A DNA stretch of 64,000 nucleotides from Clostridia bacterium (lineage in GTDB: Bacteria; Bacillota; Clostridia; Oscillospirales; CAG-272). Made by a program: the position numbers and the translations under genes. Numbering within the stretch: position 1 is the stretch's first letter; each line of letters begins with the position of its first letter. The notes below the pieces were generated by a model. That model was not told the origin of the DNA. It saw nothing but the letters and a program-made list of their open reading frames with translations, and did not search any database. The DNA is taken from positions 2,760 through 66,759 of the forward strand of contig JAGBAS010000116.1 in assembly GCA_017938885.1 (NCBI GenBank), written 5' to 3'. This document shows positions 27,766 through 34,465 of the stretch, in pieces.

Positions 27766-29841
27766 ATGAGCCATACACCCACCGTCATCGTCGCAAAGAA
27801 CGCGGGCTTCTGCTTCGGTGTCGCCCGCGCCACCAAGGCCGTGGAGACCGAAATGGCGGAGCACCCCGCGGGGGAGCGCATCTTCACCTTGGGCCGCCTG
27901 ATCCACAACGAGATCTACAATCAACGCCTGGCTGCGGGAGGCGTGACCGTCATCTCCGCCGAGGAGCTCCCCCGCCTGGCCGCCGAGGCCACTCCCGAGG
28001 CCCCCGTCAAGGTCTTTGTCCGTGCCCACGGCATGACCAAGGAGACCGAGGCACTTCTCACCGCCTGCGCCGCAAAGAACCCCGCCTTTTCCTTCGTGGA
28101 CTGCACCTGTTCCTTCGTCAAGAAGATCCACCGTATCTGCGCCGAGCATAACGAGTTGAATGAAAACGCCCGCCGCGAGACGGGAAAGGACGACCGCATC
28201 CTCGCCGTTCTGGGCTCTGCCGATCACCCCGAGGTCGTGGGATTTCTCAGCCGTTTCGAGGGGAAAAAGGTGGTTTTTAGCAATGCCGCCGAGGCTGAGA
28301 CGCTTCTGTCCGACGGTACCGTCCCCACAGATGGTTCCGTGATCCCCGTTCTGGTGGCACAGACGACCCAGAATATCACCGAATGGGAAAAGACAAAAAA
28401 AATTTACAATTTAATCTTTACGCGTCCATATATTTATGATACAATTTGCAGTATTACGGACTCCAGACAGAACGAAGCCGCTGAGCTCGCACGCAAATGC
28501 GATCGCATCATCGTGATCGGGGGCAGAGACAGTTCCAACTCTGCCAAGCTCTATTCGATCTGTAAGAACATTTGTGCTGACACCGTGTGGGTGGAGCGCG
28601 CAGACGAGCTGCCTGAGAATAGTCCGCCCTATCAAAGAATAGGGATCGTGGCAGGAGCATCGACTCCCCGCGATATCATTGAGGAGGTAACAAACAAAAT
28701 GAGCGAGACCATGAACGAAAACTTCGCGGAGCTGCTTGAGGATTCCCTCAAGACATTAAATACAGGAGATACTGTGACCGGTATTATTACCAGCATTAGT
28801 GCAGGCGAGATCCAGCTTGACCTCGGCGCCAAAGTCACCGGCGTTATCAAGCAGGAACAGATCACCGATGATCCTTCCGCAAAGCTGAGCGAGATGTTCA
28901 AAATCGGAGACCAGGTGGAGGCATTCGTGATCCGTGTCAGCGACCGCGACGGCTTCGCTGAGCTCTCCAAGAAGCGCGTTGACTCCGACAAGAACTGGCA
29001 GAGCATCGTTGCCGCATACGAGGCAGGCGAGAATCTGGAGGGTAAGGTCATTTCGGTCAACAAGGGCGGCGTTGAGGCCATTGTCCGCGACAACCGCGTA
29101 TTCATTCCCGCAGCCCACACCGGTATTCCCCGTGAGGGCGATCTGTCCACTCTGGTCGGTCAGACCGTGACTCTCCGCATCCTGGAGATCGGCGACCGCA
29201 AGAGAGCCAAGGGCTCCATCCGTCTGGTTCTCCGCGACCAGAAGCGCGCCCAGGAGAAGGCTTTCTGGGAGGAGATCGAGGAGGGCAAGATCTACACCGG
29301 TACCGTCAAGTCCATGACCAGATACGGCGCATTCGTGGATCTGGGCGGCGTGGACGGTATGGTTCACTGCTCCGAGCTGTCCTGGAAGCGCATCAAGTCT
29401 CCCGCTGAGGTTCTGGCTATCGGCGACGAGATCACCGTCTTCGTCAAGAGCTACGACGCTGAGAAGAAGCGCATTTCTCTGGGCTACAAGACCGAGGCTA
29501 CTAACCCCTGGTTCATCTTCACCCACCAGTACGCCATCGGCGATACCGCTCCCGTTAAGATCGTCAGCCTGATGCCCTTCGGCGCATTCGCTGAGATCGT
29601 GGACGGTGTGGACGGTCTGATCCACATTTCCCAGATTGCTGACCACAAGATCGGCAAGCCCGCCGACGTTCTGGAGGTTGGTCAGGTCGTGGATGCCCGC
29701 ATCATCGACATCGACAACGACAACCAGAAGGTCAGCCTGTCCATCCGCGCTCTGCTGGAGGAGGCTAAGGCCGCCGAGGAGGCTGCTCCCGTCGAGGAGA
29801 CCCCCGCCGAGGACGGCGTGGTCTACACCACCGAGGAGTAA
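27766..29841 (+). CDS. ispH: Bifunctional 4-hydroxy-3-methylbut-2-enyl diphosphate reductase (IspH/LytB) / ribosomal protein S1 fusion
   Basis: N-terminal IspH (AKNAGFCFGVARA, VAQTTQ, DTICSITDSRQ, GGRDSSNSAKL). The C-terminal part has four S1 repeats (GDTVTGIITSI.., GKVISVNKGG.., YTGTVKSMTRYGAFVDLGG, APVKIVSLMPFGAFAEI). Confidence 0.9.
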   Translation: MSHTPTVIVAKNAGFCFGVARATKAVETEMAEHPAGERIFTLGRLIHNEIYNQRLAAGGVTVISAEELPRLAAEATPEAPVKVFVRAHGMTKETEALLTACAAKNPAFSFVDCTCSFVKKIHRICAEHNELNENARRETGKDDRILAVLGSADHPEVVGFLSRFEGKKVVFSNAAEAETLLSDGTVPTDGSVIPVLVAQTTQNITEWEKTKKIYNLIFTRPYIYDTICSITDSRQNEAAELARKCDRIIVIGGRDSSNSAKLYSICKNICADTVWVERADELPENSPPYQRIGIVAGASTPRDIIEEVTNKMSETMNENFAELLEDSLKTLNTGDTVTGIITSISAGEIQLDLGAKVTGVIKQEQITDDPSAKLSEMFKIGDQVEAFVIRVSDRDGFAELSKKRVDSDKNWQSIVAAYEAGENLEGKVISVNKGGVEAIVRDNRVFIPAAHTGIPREGDLSTLVGQTVTLRILEIGDRKRAKGSIRLVLRDQKRAQEKAFWEEIEEGKIYTGTVKSMTRYGAFVDLGGVDGMVHCSELSWKRIKSPAEVLAIGDEITVFVKSYDAEKKRISLGYKTEATNPWFIFTHQYAIGDTAPVKIVSLMPFGAFAEIVDGVDGLIHISQIADHKIGKPADVLEVGQVVDARIIDIDNDNQKVSLSIRALLEEAKAAEEAAPVEETPAEDGVVYTTEE
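28417..28445 (+). promoter_or_regulatory. Candidate internal promoter (TTTACG-17-TACAAT, TGn-extended) inside ispH, upstream of the S1 moiety
   Basis: It lies in an AT-rich patch within coding sequence. 250 nt downstream is GAGGAGG, then 11 nt, then an in-frame ATG at 28699 (MSETMNENFAELLEDSL, an S1-like N-terminus). Confidence 0.4.
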
Positions 29842-29856
29842 TTCCTACATGAAAAT

Positions 29857-29910
29857 CCCCTTAGAACAACACAAGGCTATGTATCAGTGCTGTTCTGAGG
29901 GGGTTTTATT
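29857..29910 (+). terminator. Rho-independent terminator of ispH-rpsA
   Basis: ccccttagaaca (29857-29868) pairs with tgttctgagggg (29891-29902, one G-U pair), followed by gttttattatgtttt. Confidence 0.8.
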
Positions 29911-29915
29911 ATGTT

Positions 29916-29940
29916 TTGGTACGGGTAACAGGACTTGAAC
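29916..29940 (-). repeat. att-core copy A: 3'-terminal fragment of a minus-strand tRNA
   Basis: ttggtacgggtaacaggacttgaac. Its reverse complement reads TTCAAGT-CCTGT-TACCCGT-A-CCA (T-loop, T-stem 3' strand, acceptor 3' strand, discriminator, CCA). There is no matching T-stem 5' strand or cloverleaf. Confidence 0.8.
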
Positions 29941-30074
29941 GTCCTCGCTTCGCTCGGGGGCAAGTTGCGAGAACAGAGCATAAACAGGAGCTTTACGGGC
30001 AACTTGCACAGGTTCTTCATAACCCATTACCTGTACCAATAGAAAGAGGAGGGAACAAGCCCCTCCCCTTTCTA

Positions 30075-30099
30075 TTGGTACGGGTAACAGGACTTGAAC
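30075..30099 (-). repeat. att-core copy B (attL of the prophage): tRNA 3'-end fragment next to integrase
   Basis: Identical 25 bp. Here the next 5 nt complete the T-stem (ACAGG/CCTGT), but no D or anticodon arm or acceptor 5' strand follows. Confidence 0.8.
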
Positions 30100-30107
30100 C
30101 TGTTCGG

Positions 30108-30167
30108 AACAAGAAAAAACAGATATCAAACAAGAAAAAATTAAAATCGTTTCGCAAAACGTTTCGC
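30108..30167. promoter_or_regulatory. Putative integrase arm-type sites between att and int
   Basis: Direct repeats aacaagaaaaaa (30108-30119, 30129-30140) and cgtttcgc (30148-30155, 30160-30167). Confidence 0.4.
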
Positions 30168-30172
30168 GGAAA

Positions 30173-31249
30173 CTATTTTGAGAGAAATTTGCAGAAATAT
30201 TCCTGCATCTGATCCTCCACAGATGTCTTTTTCGATGCCATGATATGGCCATAAACCTTATCGATCATGTTCTCGCTTTCGTGACCAACATAATCCGCAA
30301 TATACTTCTTCGGGATATTTAAAGATAGCATGACGGACACGGTGTAATGCCGCAAGTCGTGAAACCGGTAGTGCGGTAGATCATGCTTTTTCAGCAACCG
30401 GGGAAACTGGTTGCTGATGATATTCGGGCGCGGGGCTATGTAGTCGCCCGTGTCCGGGTGGGTCTCCTTATAAGTTTTCAGCGCGTCGCTGACGAGAGGG
30501 AACATGCGGATCGTTCGGGTGCCGGCGGCTGTTTTGGTGGTCTTTTCAACGAAATCGTTTTTATCGTTGATAACCACGGCGTGATTGATGGAGATCGTGT
30601 TCCGGACGAAATCGATGTTGCTCCATTTGATGGCGCAGATCTCCGAGCGTCGAAGGCCGCAACAGGCGGCCAGAAGGATAGGGATCTCCAGATCCGAACC
30701 GACTGAGATTTCAAACAACCGCTTTACATCCTCTTCTGTTGGCACAGTGATCTCGCTTTTTTTCTTTTGCGGGAGCGTAGTCGCAAAAGTAAAGTCCGGG
30801 CGATAGATCGAAAAAACAGACGAAAGAAAGCCGTGGAGGTTTCGCACGGTTTTCGGAGATCGGGTGATGGAGATCTTGTTGATTTCCACCTGGATCTGCG
30901 CCGGGGTGATTTTTTCAATGGGGGTGTTGCGCAAATCGTCGAAATGGTTCTTGGCGAAGCCTTGGTAAAGCCGGAGTGTTGTGGGAGATAACACGCCCGT
31001 TTTCATGGAGACAAATTCCGTCATAGCCTCACCGAGGGTGGGGCTTTTCTTTGCGCCCTCGATCTTTTCGCGCTTTTTGTCAGCCTTGAATTGCGCAACC
31101 TCCAAGAGCACAGCGTTATAATCATAGCTTGTGAACGACTCATACCGCCTCTTGCCGTCTGCGTCTGTGTGGCTGTAGACCTTGGCATGGTACGCCCCGC
31201 TTGGCAGCTGCTTGATGGCGGGCAACCTGGTGTTTCGTTTTTTCGGCAT
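30173..31249 (-). CDS. Tyrosine-type site-specific recombinase (phage integrase)
   Basis: N-terminal SAM-like/arm-binding region. Catalytic region ..AACCGLRRSEICAIKW.., HDLRHYTVSVMLSLNI, VGHESENMIDKVYGH (R..HxxR..Y pattern). Confidence 0.9.
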   Translation of the reverse strand: MPKKRNTRLPAIKQLPSGAYHAKVYSHTDADGKRRYESFTSYDYNAVLLEVAQFKADKKREKIEGAKKSPTLGEAMTEFVSMKTGVLSPTTLRLYQGFAKNHFDDLRNTPIEKITPAQIQVEINKISITRSPKTVRNLHGFLSSVFSIYRPDFTFATTLPQKKKSEITVPTEEDVKRLFEISVGSDLEIPILLAACCGLRRSEICAIKWSNIDFVRNTISINHAVVINDKNDFVEKTTKTAAGTRTIRMFPLVSDALKTYKETHPDTGDYIAPRPNIISNQFPRLLKKHDLPHYRFHDLRHYTVSVMLSLNIPKKYIADYVGHESENMIDKVYGHIMASKKTSVEDQMQEYFCKFLSK

Positions 31250-31252
31250 ACT

Positions 31253-31735
31253 CTACCTCCGTAAAAACCCAATGTCCCCGTGAAACACATCTACCACAAA
31301 GTAAGCCGTCAGAGCGATACAGCAGCAGCACAGCACCGCGCCGAGCACGAAAACCACCGCAGTCAGCTTGGCGTTGTTCTTTTCGTATCGGGCGTTACGG
31401 TCCCGTACCTCGGCCAACAGTTTTTCCATTTCGACGAGCTGGGCCTCCTTGACCTTGAGCACGGTATCGTAGGACTCGACCACGGTCTCCACCTCCTTGG
31501 GCGGCTCCTCGCCGGGGAGAGCCACGGAAAGGATCTTGTCTACGGATATGCCCAGGGCGATGGCGATGGTCAGGACGTTTTCAAAGCCGGGCCGCTTGCT
31601 CGCGCCGCTTAGGATGCGGGAGACGGTGGTCTCGGGGATGTGGGTCATCTCGGAAATATCCTCGTTGGACAGGTGCTTGGATTTTTTGATCTCTCGGATT
31701 CTCTCAATAAGAATTTGTGTGTAATCCATTTTCAT
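31253..31735 (-). CDS. XRE-family HTH protein with coiled coil and C-terminal transmembrane anchor (membrane-tethered repressor candidate)
   Basis: HTH LSNEDISEMTHIPETTVSRILSG; coiled coil KVKEAQLVEMEKLLAEVRD; TM LTAVVFVLGAVLCCCCIALTAYFVV. The stop lies 4 nt before the int start. The exact start is uncertain (31735, 31729 or TTG 31750). Confidence 0.7.
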   Translation of the reverse strand: MKMDYTQILIERIREIKKSKHLSNEDISEMTHIPETTVSRILSGASKRPGFENVLTIAIALGISVDKILSVALPGEEPPKEVETVVESYDTVLKVKEAQLVEMEKLLAEVRDRNARYEKNNAKLTAVVFVLGAVLCCCCIALTAYFVVDVFHGDIGFLRR

Positions 31736-31769
31736 CTCACTTTCTTGCAATTTTAGTATCGAAAAATTT

Positions 31770-31805
31770 AAAAAATCATTTTTTCACCCCTAAAAATCAT
31801 TTTTG
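31770..31805. promoter_or_regulatory. Two copies of a near-palindromic operator AAAAATCATTTTT, 21 bp apart
   Basis: Copies at 31770-31784 and 31791-31805, in the divergent region between the HTH-TM gene (-) and the 31866 promoter (+). Confidence 0.55.
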
Positions 31806-31865
31806 CATCCGCAAAAACGGTGCTCAAGGATGAAAATAAGATGCCCAAAAAAACCAGTTTCGCTC

Positions 31866-31894
31866 TTGAGACTTTTTTGGGTTTTTGCTATAAT
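31866..31894 (+). promoter_or_regulatory. Sigma-A-type promoter (TTGAGA-17-TATAAT)
   Basis: ttgaga at 31866-31871, a 17-nt spacer, and tataat at 31889-31894. Confidence 0.7.
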
Positions 31895-31941
31895 ACAGCC
31901 ATCAAAACAACACAGCGCCCACGGCGCGGAAAGGAAGAGAT

Positions 31942-32140
31942 CATGACCGACAGCCGAAACTACAGAGACGAGCATGAGAGCCGCGACGCAGACCGTCGCA
32001 CCGAGGAGACCAGAGTCCGCGTCAAGGACAAGCTGTACAAGGCCAAGGCGGCCGGGCAGCTGGACGACGACGACGAAGACCTGATCCTGCAATACGCGCT
32101 GGGAGTCGTGACCCGACGCGGGAGACATACGCAGGAGTAA
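31942..32140 (+). CDS. Small charged protein (66 aa), paralog of the 42474-42626 product
   Basis: SD GAAAGGAAG before the ATG at 31942. The C-terminal block VKDKLYKAKAAGQLDDDDEDLILQYALGVVTRRG matches LKEKLYAAKASGLLTESDEALILEYALSIIRRRK. Confidence 0.6.
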
Positions 32141-32187
32141 GGCTTTGATATATGCGTTATTTCAATGGGAAGGAGTGAAGTTCGTGG

Positions 32188-32211
32188 GCACCCCGCCGAG
32201 AGGCGGGGTGC
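32188..32211 (+). terminator. Rho-independent terminator
   Basis: gcaccccgcc-gaga-ggcggggtgc followed by ttacattttgtt. Confidence 0.8.
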
Positions 32212-32216
32212 TTACA

Positions 32217-32236
32217 TTTTGTTGACGTCAACAAAA
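32217..32236. repeat. 20-bp perfect palindrome ttttgttgacgtcaacaaaa
   Basis: It is self-complementary around the central GACGTC and lies directly between the terminator and the iterons. Confidence 0.9.
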
Positions 32237-32239
32237 TGC

Positions 32240-32320
32240 GGAACGATAGGAGGTATTTGTGGAACGATAGGAGGTATTTGCGGAACGATAGGAGGTATTT
32301 GCGGAACGATAGGGGGTTAT
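32240..32320. repeat. Four tandem 21-bp iterons ggaacgataggaggtatttg(t/c)
   Basis: Copies at 32240-32260, 32261-32281 and 32282-32302, with a degenerate copy at 32303-32320. They are intergenic or abut the stop of the SWIM gene. Confidence 0.9.
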
Positions 32321-33411
32321 TTTTTGGGAACAGGTGTTGTGCGTAGCTTATCAAAATATATTTTCATGGAATTCTCAAATAGATCTTTTCGAACCGACAG
32401 TACGCCAGCATGGTATGCCAAAAACAGCATATGCTTGCACGGCTGTTTTGTTTTTGCGTAATCGGTACAATTACAACGAGTCAAAGATGTATCGTGATAT
32501 GCGCCAGTTTCAGACCGAACTGTTGCGCTGATGTGAATACTACCCAAAAACTCAATATTTTCGATTTGAGAACGATGAAACCTTTTGTCTTTGACGCGCT
32601 CGTAAAAATCAAACATAGTAGGATAACGATAGAACCGTTCAGCACCTGTCTCCAACCGATTTAAAGCATCTAAATACAGGGCACTAATAGAGTCTTCATC
32701 TATAAGGTTAGTTTGAGTAGAAAGATTCACTGAATGTTTCTCGCCTGCTTTTTCAGCTTCTTTTTTATAAAAAGTAAGGTGATCGTCTAATCTTTTGATT
32801 GTAGCGTTTTTCTCGGCTATTTCCTTCTTGTATCTTTCTTCAGAGGATTTGTAAGAGCGAAGTTGAACATTCAGCCAGTCAATCTCGCTTGCGGATTTCA
32901 AATCTCGTAATTTGGATATTTCGTCTCGAAGTTCTTTTTCAGTTTGCTTTTGGATAGATAAACTTATTTCAAGGCTTTTTTTATCACTTTCTAAAAACCT
33001 GATCTTGGATTCGTAATCTGAAATGATCTTCCGAAGCGAATTGTTTTCCTGCTTGTATGTGCTGATTCTCGCATCAAGGCTTTTCTCTTGCTCTTTAAGA
33101 CGTTTTTCAAACTCTTGCAGTTCCAGTTGCTTTTTTTGTGCTTCTGAGGCTTTTTTGGTCGCATCTGACATTCTCATATTATAGGCAAGTTCTTTTTGTA
33201 TGCGATCACGAGCCTCATCGGAAAGATTTAAAGAGCCTTCAGAACTCTTTTTAATTTCATCTGTTCCTCGCAAAGGTAAACCAACCAACCTGCGATATTT
33301 GTTCTCCCACACCTGGGATTCTTTTTTGCAAGCGGATAAGTTGCAAGCCAAAACAATTATTGCAATGACGGCAGCAGGAGTTGCTAATCCAACGAGATAC
33401 AGAAATTCCAT
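32317..33411 (-). CDS. Membrane-anchored long coiled-coil protein with C-terminal SWIM zinc finger (unknown function; low-GC moron)
   Basis: N-terminal TM LVGLATPAAVIAIIVLAC. About 200 aa of heptad-rich K/E/L sequence follow. SWIM CxCxnCxH: CNCTDYAKTKQPCKH. A 60-nt sample (32701-32760) has 22/60 G+C against 43/60 at 33901-33960. Confidence 0.75.
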   Translation of the reverse strand: MEFLYLVGLATPAAVIAIIVLACNLSACKKESQVWENKYRRLVGLPLRGTDEIKKSSEGSLNLSDEARDRIQKELAYNMRMSDATKKASEAQKKQLELQEFEKRLKEQEKSLDARISTYKQENNSLRKIISDYESKIRFLESDKKSLEISLSIQKQTEKELRDEISKLRDLKSASEIDWLNVQLRSYKSSEERYKKEIAEKNATIKRLDDHLTFYKKEAEKAGEKHSVNLSTQTNLIDEDSISALYLDALNRLETGAERFYRYPTMFDFYERVKDKRFHRSQIENIEFLGSIHISATVRSETGAYHDTSLTRCNCTDYAKTKQPCKHMLFLAYHAGVLSVRKDLFENSMKIYFDKLRTTPVPKK

Positions 33412-33412
33412 A

Positions 33413-33757
33413 TCAGTCGCCCTTCTTCCTACTCAATATAAACTCCGCATATCTTTCCAGATCAGCCAGCTCCTCCGCGCTCATGCTGTCGATCAGAGAG
33501 AGAAGCTTCGGGTCTACCGTTACGGTAGGCTCTTTTTCTTTTTCAGCGAAGCGTTGAAGATCCAGCGGCACATTGCCGAGCAGGTAGTCCACGCTTACAC
33601 CGAAGTAGTCGGCGACTTTCTTCAAAGTGTTGTTTCGAGGGGTAGCCCCGTTTTTCCACTTTGTTGCCGTAGCGTTGGACAACCCCAACTCGGCGCACGC
33701 ACCGTTAGGCGAAATACCTTTAACGGTACAAAGAGACACGAATGTTTCCCAAAACAT
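33413..33757 (-). CDS. XRE/cI-like HTH repressor
   Basis: SD AAAGGAGG before the ATG at 33757. HTH ISPNGACAELGLSNATATKWKNGATP..LKKVADYFGVSVDYLLG. The stop lies 1 nt before the SWIM gene start. Confidence 0.8.
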   Translation of the reverse strand: MFWETFVSLCTVKGISPNGACAELGLSNATATKWKNGATPRNNTLKKVADYFGVSVDYLLGNVPLDLQRFAEKEKEPTVTVDPKLLSLIDSMSAEELADLERYAEFILSRKKGD

Positions 33758-33818
33758 AATAACCTCCTTTGTTTTGTAAAAACTAACTAATTCTAAATAT
33801 TTGCTTGTGTGCCATTTG

Positions 33819-33838
33819 CTGAAATTAGAAAAATTCAG
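33819..33838. promoter_or_regulatory. Imperfect 20-bp palindrome (candidate operator) between repressor gene and early promoter
   Basis: ctgaaattag|aaaaattcag has 7 of 10 symmetric positions. It sits 10 nt upstream of the -35 at 33848. Confidence 0.4.
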
Positions 33839-33847
33839 AAAAAGCAC

Positions 33848-33876
33848 TTGACAAGTTAGACAAAGTAAGATATAAT
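33848..33876 (+). promoter_or_regulatory. Consensus early promoter (TTGACA-17-TATAAT)
   Basis: ttgaca at 33848-33853, a 17-nt spacer, and tataat at 33871-33876. It is divergent from the cI-like gene. Confidence 0.8.
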
Positions 33877-33882
33877 GACAGT

Positions 33883-34010
33883 ACCACCTCCGCCGAGGGA
33901 TCAGCCGAAACGGTCAACCACCCCGTTCCGCCCTCCGGCGAGAAGGCGGCCCGCCGCTTGAAAAACGGGTTCGGGCCAGCCGATAATCAGCCGTCCGAGG
34001 CGGAGGTGGT
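33883..34010 (+). ncRNA. Candidate structured RNA/leader closed by a 12-bp perfect helix, starting at the predicted +1 of the early promoter
   Basis: accacctccgcc (33883-33894) pairs with ggcggaggtggt (33999-34010). Inside are AACGG..CCGUU and CCGCC/GGCGG-type helices and a duplicated AUCAGCCG. No credible ORF is present. The strand is not resolved, because the arms are perfectly complementary. Confidence 0.45.
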
Positions 34011-34036
34011 GCCAAGCTCCCCTGGCTTTCTTGTTC

Positions 34037-34082
34037 GAATTTTCCCCCCTGCTCGTGGTGCCATACGGGCGGGGGAAAATTC
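34037..34082 (+). other. 12-bp perfect hairpin downstream of the structured element
   Basis: gaattttccccc (34037-34048) pairs with gggggaaaattc (34071-34082) across a 22-nt loop. No U-tract follows. Confidence 0.5.
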
Positions 34083-34138
34083 GGGGCGGGGGCGTTAAAA
34101 AGTAACGGAATATAATATAAGGAAGGGAAGGTGAAGGA

Positions 34139-34465
34139 ATGGAAGATGTGAAGAGGGTCAACGTGGACGGTGAGGAATACGTGATCGTACCGATCTGCCC
34201 TATGACGGGATACCCGGAGCGGTATACCAAGGGAAGGACCGAGGAGGAGATCGCGGATTTTCGTGAAAGTATTCGAGATATACTGGGACGAAGTATCTAC
34301 GACTACGCTGAGCGGTGCGGAGCATTGAAGAGAACCGACACCGTTTATGAAAATGGGGATACGATCATCGAATGCGAGTTGCAGGTGCTTGTCAAGGCTC
34401 AGGCTTGGGAGGAAGCGGTCCACGAGGATCAAGAACGGAATCCTCCTTGTAATCGTGATACATGA
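34139..34465 (+). CDS. Hypothetical phage early protein (108 aa)
   Basis: Coding-like codon pattern (gaa gat gtg aag agg gtc aac gtg gac..) and a purine-rich SD region. Its 3' end overlaps the convergent 34392-34646 gene by 74 nt. Confidence 0.6.
   Translation: MEDVKRVNVDGEEYVIVPICPMTGYPERYTKGRTEEEIADFRESIRDILGRSIYDYAERCGALKRTDTVYENGDTIIECELQVLVKAQAWEEAVHEDQERNPPCNRDT

Noticed and set aside
29917-30152. An intact minus-strand tRNA gene at either att copy.
   Set aside because: Only the T-loop, T-stem 3' strand, acceptor 3' strand and CCA are present (copy B also has the T-stem 5' strand). The acceptor 5' strand complement and the D and anticodon arms are absent at the expected distance.
32240-32320. 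Possible CRISPR array.
   Set aside because: The repeats are directly adjacent with no spacers, number only four, and have no cas genes nearby. They are iterons, not CRISPR repeats.
32157-32461. ORFs translating the 21-bp iterons into CGTIGGI x4 (+ strand) or LSFRKYL x4 (- strand).
   Set aside because: The periodic peptides are a by-product of the DNA repeat. There is no SD, they span a terminator and a palindrome, and they overlap the real SWIM gene's 3' end.
33905-33935. Resemblance of GGUCAACCACCCCGUUCC to the CAACA-CCCC core of the nadA (NAD+) riboswitch.
   Set aside because: The match is short and recalled from memory. The genomic context (phage early leader) and lineage are wrong. The rest of the motif is not recognisable.
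33875-33961. 28-codon ORF (MTVPPPPRDQPKRSTTPFRPPARRRPAA) at the start of the structured region.
   Set aside because: Its ATG overlaps the -10 hexamer, so it would lie upstream of the transcript start. It has no SD and its composition is Pro/Arg-rich junk.
33901-34432. Minus-strand ORFs of 109 and 172 aa across the structured region and the 34139 gene.
   Set aside because: They have low-complexity, antisense-type composition and no SD. They run through perfectly palindromic helices and sit opposite a better plus-strand gene.
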